A program made the position numbers and the translations under genes. Of a stretch of 64,000 bases of DNA, positions 58,922-64,000 are shown in pieces. How positions within the stretch are numbered: position 1 is the first letter of the stretch; each line of letters starts with the position of its first letter. The notes beneath the pieces are model-generated. The model saw only the letters and a program-made list of their open reading frames with translations, did no database searches and was not told the origin of the DNA. The stretch comes from Candidatus Latescibacterota bacterium (GTDB taxonomy: Bacteria; Latescibacterota; UBA2968; GCA-2709665), in contig CBDDDZ010000004.1 in assembly GCA_965226795.1 (NCBI GenBank), forward strand, positions 416,001 to 480,000, written 5' to 3'.

Positions 58922-59398
58922 ATGGCCGATGAAACGAAAAACGTCTTTATTAGCCACATCCACGAAGACGATGATGGTCTGGGCAAGCTGAAGAGTCTGT
59001 TGAAGGACAATGGAATGACTATTAGGGACTATTCAATAAACAAAGATAACCCGAACAATGCCCATTCGGAAAGTTACATCAAGTCGGAGATTCTTGCACC
59101 CCGTATACGGCGATCAAGTACGTTGGCCGTTTACGTCTCGCCGGAGACTAAAGATAGTCCCTGGGTAGACTGGGAAGTTGAGTATGCACATAAACATGAC
59201 AAACGCATTGTAGGTGTGTGGGCCCACGGTGAATCCGGTTGCGATGTTCCAGACGCACTGGAGAAATACGCCGACGCTATAGTTGGTTGGACGGGTAATC
59301 GCATCATCGATGCCATAAACGGAAAAATTGATGGTTGGGAAAACCCTGACGGCACAACTAGATCTCCTCGGAATATCGAGCGATATAGTTGTGGATAG
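58922..59398 (+). CDS. TIR-like protein (DUF1863/ThsB family)
   Basis: NVFISH, DYS, IL.PRIRRSS, T..SPWVDWEVEYA (catalytic Glu) and KRIVGV. Confidence 0.88.
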   Translation: MADETKNVFISHIHEDDDGLGKLKSLLKDNGMTIRDYSINKDNPNNAHSESYIKSEILAPRIRRSSTLAVYVSPETKDSPWVDWEVEYAHKHDKRIVGVWAHGESGCDVPDALEKYADAIVGWTGNRIIDAINGKIDGWENPDGTTRSPRNIERYSCG

Positions 59399-60017
59399 AA
59401 TCGAAAGTCCAAGGCTGTTCTCATATGTAGTCGCTCGCGATTACGGATTTGCGCCTAATCCTTTTTTTGGTTTCTGTACTTTAGCCACATGCAAACCCAA
59501 GATTCGACAGACAGCTTCCACAGGGGACTGGATCATAGGAACCGGTAGCAGCAAATACGGGAGACAGGGATTCCTAATTTTCGCCATGCGCGTAACCGAA
59601 ACAATGACATTTAATGAGTATTGGGACGACGACAGGTTTCGGCGGAAAAAACCAAACATGATGGGGAGCATGAAACAAGCTTTCGGCGACAACATCTACT
59701 TTAAGGATGATGTCGGTCGTTGGCACCAGGAGAATTCTCATCATAGCTATGATACCGGATTAAATAACCCTCACAATATTCGAAACGACACAAAAGCGGA
59801 CAGGGTTCTATGCAGTACAGACTACGCATTCTGGGGAGGATCTGGACCTAAAATACCCGAAGAATTCAGGAACTTTCGTGGTAAAGACATTTGTTGTCCG
59901 ATGCAGGGGCATAAATGCCGGTTTCCAGACGATCTAGTTGACCGTTTTGTCGAATGGATAAGGTCTCTAAATCAAAATGGGTATTGTGACGCACCCATAG
60001 AGTGGGGGACAGCATGA
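59391..60017 (+). CDS. Nucleotide modification associated domain 2 (Nmad2) protein
   Basis: LFSYVVARDYGFAPNPF.G.CTLATCKP.IR..A..GDW, GDNIY and VL.S..Y.FWG. The GTG start overlaps the TIR stop. Confidence 0.8.
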   Translation: MDRIESPRLFSYVVARDYGFAPNPFFGFCTLATCKPKIRQTASTGDWIIGTGSSKYGRQGFLIFAMRVTETMTFNEYWDDDRFRRKKPNMMGSMKQAFGDNIYFKDDVGRWHQENSHHSYDTGLNNPHNIRNDTKADRVLCSTDYAFWGGSGPKIPEEFRNFRGKDICCPMQGHKCRFPDDLVDRFVEWIRSLNQNGYCDAPIEWGTA

Positions 60018-61195
60018 CCATCAGACCGTCTGTGTCTACGGTGGACGAACGTGACAAGTCAAAAATAGAGACAACGATGCTTCTATCCGACTATATGCAA
60101 CAGATCGCACCCACCGATAGATTACCTCGAGACAATCTGCAACCGGTCCTAATGGGTCTTTTTGGAGAGGTTGGCAGCATCATGGCAACGGCCAAGAAGG
60201 CTCACAGGGAACAAGAGGCATATGTCGGATTCAAGCAGGCCGTGGAGGAAGAATTCGGCGACGTTTTGTGGTATTTTACGACTTTGTGTCGACGTCTTGG
60301 GACAGGAGTTGACATCATCGTTTCCGAAACGACAGATCGATCTCGATACAGCAAGGTTGTTGCCGCAAGCGATCTTTTGGATGGCCCGGTTTCTCACATT
60401 TCCTCTGTAGGTGAACTGCATGACCTTGACAAGACGCTACTGAATCTCGGAGAAGCTACGGCCGCACTTCTTGGAATCGAGAGAATGGATGAAGGCACGA
60501 GAGATTCGCTGCGCGTGTTCTCGGATTGCTATTTGCAAGCACTTCAAGCTGCCGGTGTGAGCTTTTCCAAGATAGCTCGTTTGAACATCAAGAAAGCTCG
60601 TGAGCGTTTTCTTGATCCCGATCCATCAAAATTACCAACATTCGATAGAAACTATCCCGATGAGGAGCGCCTTCCGGAGCATTTCGAGATCAAAATTATT
60701 CAACGAAAAAACGGACGAAGTTATATGCAGTGGAACGGTGTATTCATTGGCGATCCACTCACCGACAACATTACGTACCCGGACGGCTACCGATTCCATG
60801 ATGTGTTTCATCTTGCTAATGCCGCCATCCTTCACTGGTCTCCTACGTTTCGCGGCCTAATAAAGCGTAAACGCAAGAGCAACAGGAAGGTCGATGAAGC
60901 CCAGGATGGCGGCAGGGCGATCGTCGTTGAAGAAGGACTTAGTGCGTGGATATTTTCGTGCGCCAAAGATCTCGATTTTTTTTGTGATCAGAATACCGTC
61001 TCCTTTGATTTGTTGAAAACCTTGCAGCAGTTCGTTCGGGGATATGAAGTCCAAGAATGTCCGCTCAGACTTTGGGAAATGGCTATCTTGGAGGGCTACA
61101 GAGTATTTAGGCAAGTTCTGAAGAACGATGGCGGGATCGTAATTGGAGATCGTAAATCCCGTACTATAAAGTATCGTCCAATTCGTGGAGATTAG
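60014..61195 (+). CDS. MazG-like NTP pyrophosphatase fused to a MazG C-terminal domain
   Basis: MGLFGEVG...EEEFGDVLWY, then IGDPLTDN..DGYRFHDVFH..WSP..KRKRKS..DGGRA..EEG. ATGA overlap with Nmad2. Confidence 0.85.
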   Translation: MTIRPSVSTVDERDKSKIETTMLLSDYMQQIAPTDRLPRDNLQPVLMGLFGEVGSIMATAKKAHREQEAYVGFKQAVEEEFGDVLWYFTTLCRRLGTGVDIIVSETTDRSRYSKVVAASDLLDGPVSHISSVGELHDLDKTLLNLGEATAALLGIERMDEGTRDSLRVFSDCYLQALQAAGVSFSKIARLNIKKARERFLDPDPSKLPTFDRNYPDEERLPEHFEIKIIQRKNGRSYMQWNGVFIGDPLTDNITYPDGYRFHDVFHLANAAILHWSPTFRGLIKRKRKSNRKVDEAQDGGRAIVVEEGLSAWIFSCAKDLDFFCDQNTVSFDLLKTLQQFVRGYEVQECPLRLWEMAILEGYRVFRQVLKNDGGIVIGDRKSRTIKYRPIRGD

Positions 61196-61198
61196 TCC

Positions 61199-61858
61199 GT
61201 GAAACTGATCCAGTTTTTGGATGCATTGAAGAACTTGAGCTTTGAGAATACATTTAATCCTTACTCAAATCGTTGTGCAGTCCACGATTTGGACGACGCA
61301 CCAGAGCGCCGCCTAAAATTGTTGCATTCTTTGCTTGAAGTGGCAACAGTACGGGAAATAGATTCTATATGGATCGGACGTGATCTTGGCTATCGTGGCG
61401 GTAGGCGAACAGGGCTTGCCTTAACGGACGATGTGCATATAGGCGAATACGCCGCGCGATGGGGATTATCCGTTCAACGGCTAACGAAAGGCGAAATTGC
61501 TGCCGAGCGGACAGCCGCTGCTATCTGGAGCGTACTCTCACAGATTAACCTATCTGTTTTTCTATGGAATGTCTTCCCATTGCACCCGCATGAACCCGGT
61601 AATCCTTTCAGCAATCGATCTCATAACTCTATCGAACGCAGGACAGGGGAAGAGCTACTTTCTCAGCTTATTCTCCTTCTGAAACCGCACCGACTGATTG
61701 CAATCGGCAATGATGCGGCACGAACAGTGCGTCGCTTAAGCGACAACCTGGAGTTCATTCAGGTACGCCATCCCAGCTATGGCGGAAAATCACGGTTCTT
61801 AGCTCAAATGTGCGACGCGTACAATCTGCAATCAGGAATCTTTCAAGGTTCGTTATAA
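61199..61858 (+). CDS. Uracil-DNA glycosylase superfamily protein
   Basis: FNPY, IWIGRDLGYRGGRRTGLALTD, WNVFPLHPH..NR, IAIGN and RHPSYGG. Confidence 0.82.
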   Translation: MKLIQFLDALKNLSFENTFNPYSNRCAVHDLDDAPERRLKLLHSLLEVATVREIDSIWIGRDLGYRGGRRTGLALTDDVHIGEYAARWGLSVQRLTKGEIAAERTAAAIWSVLSQINLSVFLWNVFPLHPHEPGNPFSNRSHNSIERRTGEELLSQLILLLKPHRLIAIGNDAARTVRRLSDNLEFIQVRHPSYGGKSRFLAQMCDAYNLQSGIFQGSL

Positions 61859-61867
61859 TCAACTCCG

Positions 61868-63310
61868 TTGACTCCTTCTCAGAAGTTGCGAAGAGGAATA
61901 TTGGGGCTATTGGTGCATTCAAATCATAAATCCTACCCCACCTACATTCCCTCCGGCGTCGATTGGCTGGGCGATATGCCGGCGCATTGGAGGCAATTGC
62001 CAGGCAGAGCCTGTTATCATGAGAAGAAAGTGCCAAATACTGGTTTGCGAACAACTACCGTGCTTTCTTTGAGCTACGGCAAAATTGTAGTCAAACCCGT
62101 TGAGCAACTTCACGGGTTGATCCCTTCATCTTTCGAAACATACCAAGTAGTTGAACTAGGGGATATAGTCATCCGACCGACGGATTTACAGAATGACTGG
62201 AATAGCCTTCGTTTTGGCTTGAGTCGTTATCATGGAATCATTACTTCGGCCTACATGTGCTTCCGCACAAGAGGAATATTGTCGCGGGAATATGGGCACC
62301 TGCTACTCCATGCCTATGACCTCAAGAAAGTATTCTATGGCTTAGGATCTGGACTTCGGCAGAACCTGGATTGGAGCGATTTTAAGTACCTGCCTTGCCT
62401 TGTCCCACCCCTCCCCGAACAGACGGCCATCGTACGCTACCTCCACCACATCGACGATCGCATCCGTCGCTACGTCATCGGGAAGCAGAAACTCATCCAG
62501 CTGCTGGAGAAAGAGAAGCGGGCCGTTATCAACCGCGCCGTCACTCAAGGCCTCGACCCCACCGTTCGCCTGAAGCCTTCGGGTCTTGAGTGGCTGGGCG
62601 ACATCCCGGGACATTGGGCGGTGCGGCGCATACGAAACGCGGTCGAAATGAGGGTTAGTAACGTTGACAAACATATCAACGATAACGAATTGCCCATCCG
62701 TCTTTGCAATTACGTTGACGTCTATAGGAATGACCGAATCACCGAGAGCGTGACGTTTATGAGAGCTACAGCTACTGCGGATGAAATCGACCGCTTCCGA
62801 CTGGAACAGGGAGACGTTCTGATAACAAAAGACTCGGAAGTATGGAATGACATCGGCGTACCCGCATTAGTCGAATACACGGCAGCGGACTTGGTCTGCG
62901 GTTATCACCTGGCACTCTTGCGACCCCTGCGCGGGTTGCTCAATGGCGCATATCTCTGTCGGGCATTGCAGACACCGGCCGTGACGTACCAATTTCATAC
63001 AGGGGCAAATGGGGTAACTCGCTATGGCCTGTCACACCACGCGATAAAGTCGGCACTCTTACCCCTACCACCCGTCATTGAACAAATCGCTATTGTGCGC
63101 TATCTCGACAAGTCGATCGCCGACATCGATACCGCAATCAGCCGTGCTCGCCACCAAATTGAGTTTGTACAGGAATACCGTACTCGTCTCATCGCCGACG
63201 TGGTGACGGGCAAGCTGGACGTGCGTGGTGACGGGCAAGCTGGACGTGCGTGGGGCGGCGGCAAAGCTGCCAGACGAAGGGGGGGACACCGGAGGCGCTG
63301 GGCACCGTGA
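61868..63310 (+). CDS. hsdS: Type I restriction-modification specificity subunit
   Basis: SGVDWLGDMP.HW and SGLEWLGDIP.HW repeats, PPL.EQ.AIV.YL twice, EYRTRLIADVVTGKLDVR. The true start is uncertain (61868-61913). Confidence 0.9.
   Translation: MTPSQKLRRGILGLLVHSNHKSYPTYIPSGVDWLGDMPAHWRQLPGRACYHEKKVPNTGLRTTTVLSLSYGKIVVKPVEQLHGLIPSSFETYQVVELGDIVIRPTDLQNDWNSLRFGLSRYHGIITSAYMCFRTRGILSREYGHLLLHAYDLKKVFYGLGSGLRQNLDWSDFKYLPCLVPPLPEQTAIVRYLHHIDDRIRRYVIGKQKLIQLLEKEKRAVINRAVTQGLDPTVRLKPSGLEWLGDIPGHWAVRRIRNAVEMRVSNVDKHINDNELPIRLCNYVDVYRNDRITESVTFMRATATADEIDRFRLEQGDVLITKDSEVWNDIGVPALVEYTAADLVCGYHLALLRPLRGLLNGAYLCRALQTPAVTYQFHTGANGVTRYGLSHHAIKSALLPLPPVIEQIAIVRYLDKSIADIDTAISRARHQIEFVQEYRTRLIADVVTGKLDVRGDGQAGRAWGGGKAARRRGGHRRRWAP
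63199..63253. repeat. 25 bp tandem duplication in the hsdS 3' end
   Basis: CGTGGTGACGGGCAAGCTGGACGTG occurs twice, followed by CGTGG. Confidence 0.9.
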
Positions 63311-63396
63311 AAACATAGAGTGGTTCCACCTCAAGAGCGAGCATTCCTCCGTGCCGACAACTCTGTACGACAACAAACAACCGACAGATTGACAAC

Positions 63397-64000
63397 ATGG
63401 ATGCCCGTTTAAAACAAATTCCACCGCCAAACACGTGGGAAGTTTTCGAAGACCTCTGTCATCAGCTATTCATAGCTGTTTGGCGCGACCCATATGCACA
63501 GAAGGTGGGAAGACGAGGCCAAGCTCAACAAGGAGTCGATATCTTTGGGTCGCCTAACGGGAACTATGAGATTTATCACGGCGTGCAGTGTAAATTGAAG
63601 GAGCACTCTCACAGCAGTAAACCGAGTATCGATGAACTCCAACGGGAAATATCCAAGGCTGACAGTTTTGAGCCAGCTTTGCATCACTGGATATTCGCAA
63701 CTACTGCCCCGGTTGACGCCACCCTACAACAAAAAGCACGACAAATCTCGGCAGTTCGAAAAGAAAGAGGGCTATTTACCGTCAGCGTGCTTGGTTGGGG
63801 TGACATCACGAATCTACTCTGTCAACACAAGCAAGTACTCTTGGAATTTTATCCCGAACAAGGATTTGACGTATCCCAACTTCTTGACAACATTCAAGCA
63901 ATGCCACATGCGTCGGAGGTTCGTGAATTACTAGATACCGTAAGGCGAATGGGCACACCCCGACATTCCGCTTTTCATCCACGTTCTATTTGGCGACCCA
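63397..64000 (+). CDS. Protein with N-terminal PD-(D/E)xK/Mrr-like restriction endonuclease domain (3'-partial; absent from the ORF track)
   Basis: Own translation: MDARLKQIPPPNTWEVFEDLC...GRRGQAQQGVDIFG...GVQCK, open to the window end. Confidence 0.8.
   Translation, partial: MDARLKQIPPPNTWEVFEDLCHQLFIAVWRDPYAQKVGRRGQAQQGVDIFGSPNGNYEIYHGVQCKLKEHSHSSKPSIDELQREISKADSFEPALHHWIFATTAPVDATLQQKARQISAVRKERGLFTVSVLGWGDITNLLCQHKQVLLEFYPEQGFDVSQLLDNIQAMPHASEVRELLDTVRRMGTPRHSAFHPRSIWRP

Noticed and set aside
58922..59398. Calling the locus Thoeris
   Set aside because: Only a ThsB-like TIR is present. No ThsA-type SIR2/SLOG or Macro-TM effector is seen.
1..64000. tRNA/rRNA genes, prophage or integrase bounding the defence island
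   Set aside because: None recognised by eye. A tRNAscan or Infernal run would be needed to exclude them.

Overview
A 64 kb window from a GC-rich diderm bacterium. The TonB receptor, T9SS-type cargo, PorV cassette and DUF6785-type transporter suggest an FCB-group organism such as a Latescibacteria/Gemmatimonadota relative (inference). Positions 1-51000 hold a nearly all plus-strand catabolic region: glycoside hydrolase/lyase-like proteins, Gfo/Idh/MocA oxidoreductases, PhyH dioxygenases, Ntn/C45, CocE and SGNH hydrolases, a GntR regulator and an uptake cassette, with several paralogue pairs. A complete group II intron (33043-35045, minus strand) interrupts it at the centre of a palindrome, and it also carries a MITE and two REP-like repeat families, one with RAYT transposase relics. 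After a vapBC-type TA pair and a GH113-like gene, a lower-GC defence island (~53800-64000) contains a decayed hsdM, a Fic relic, a GmrSD-type DUF262/DUF1524 gene, a five-gene operon (unknown, TIR, Nmad2, MazG/MazG_C, UDG-like), hsdS and the start of a restriction-endonuclease-like gene. That five-gene operon is the best candidate for an uncharacterised nucleotide-centred anti-phage system. All family calls come from motif recognition by eye, not database searches.
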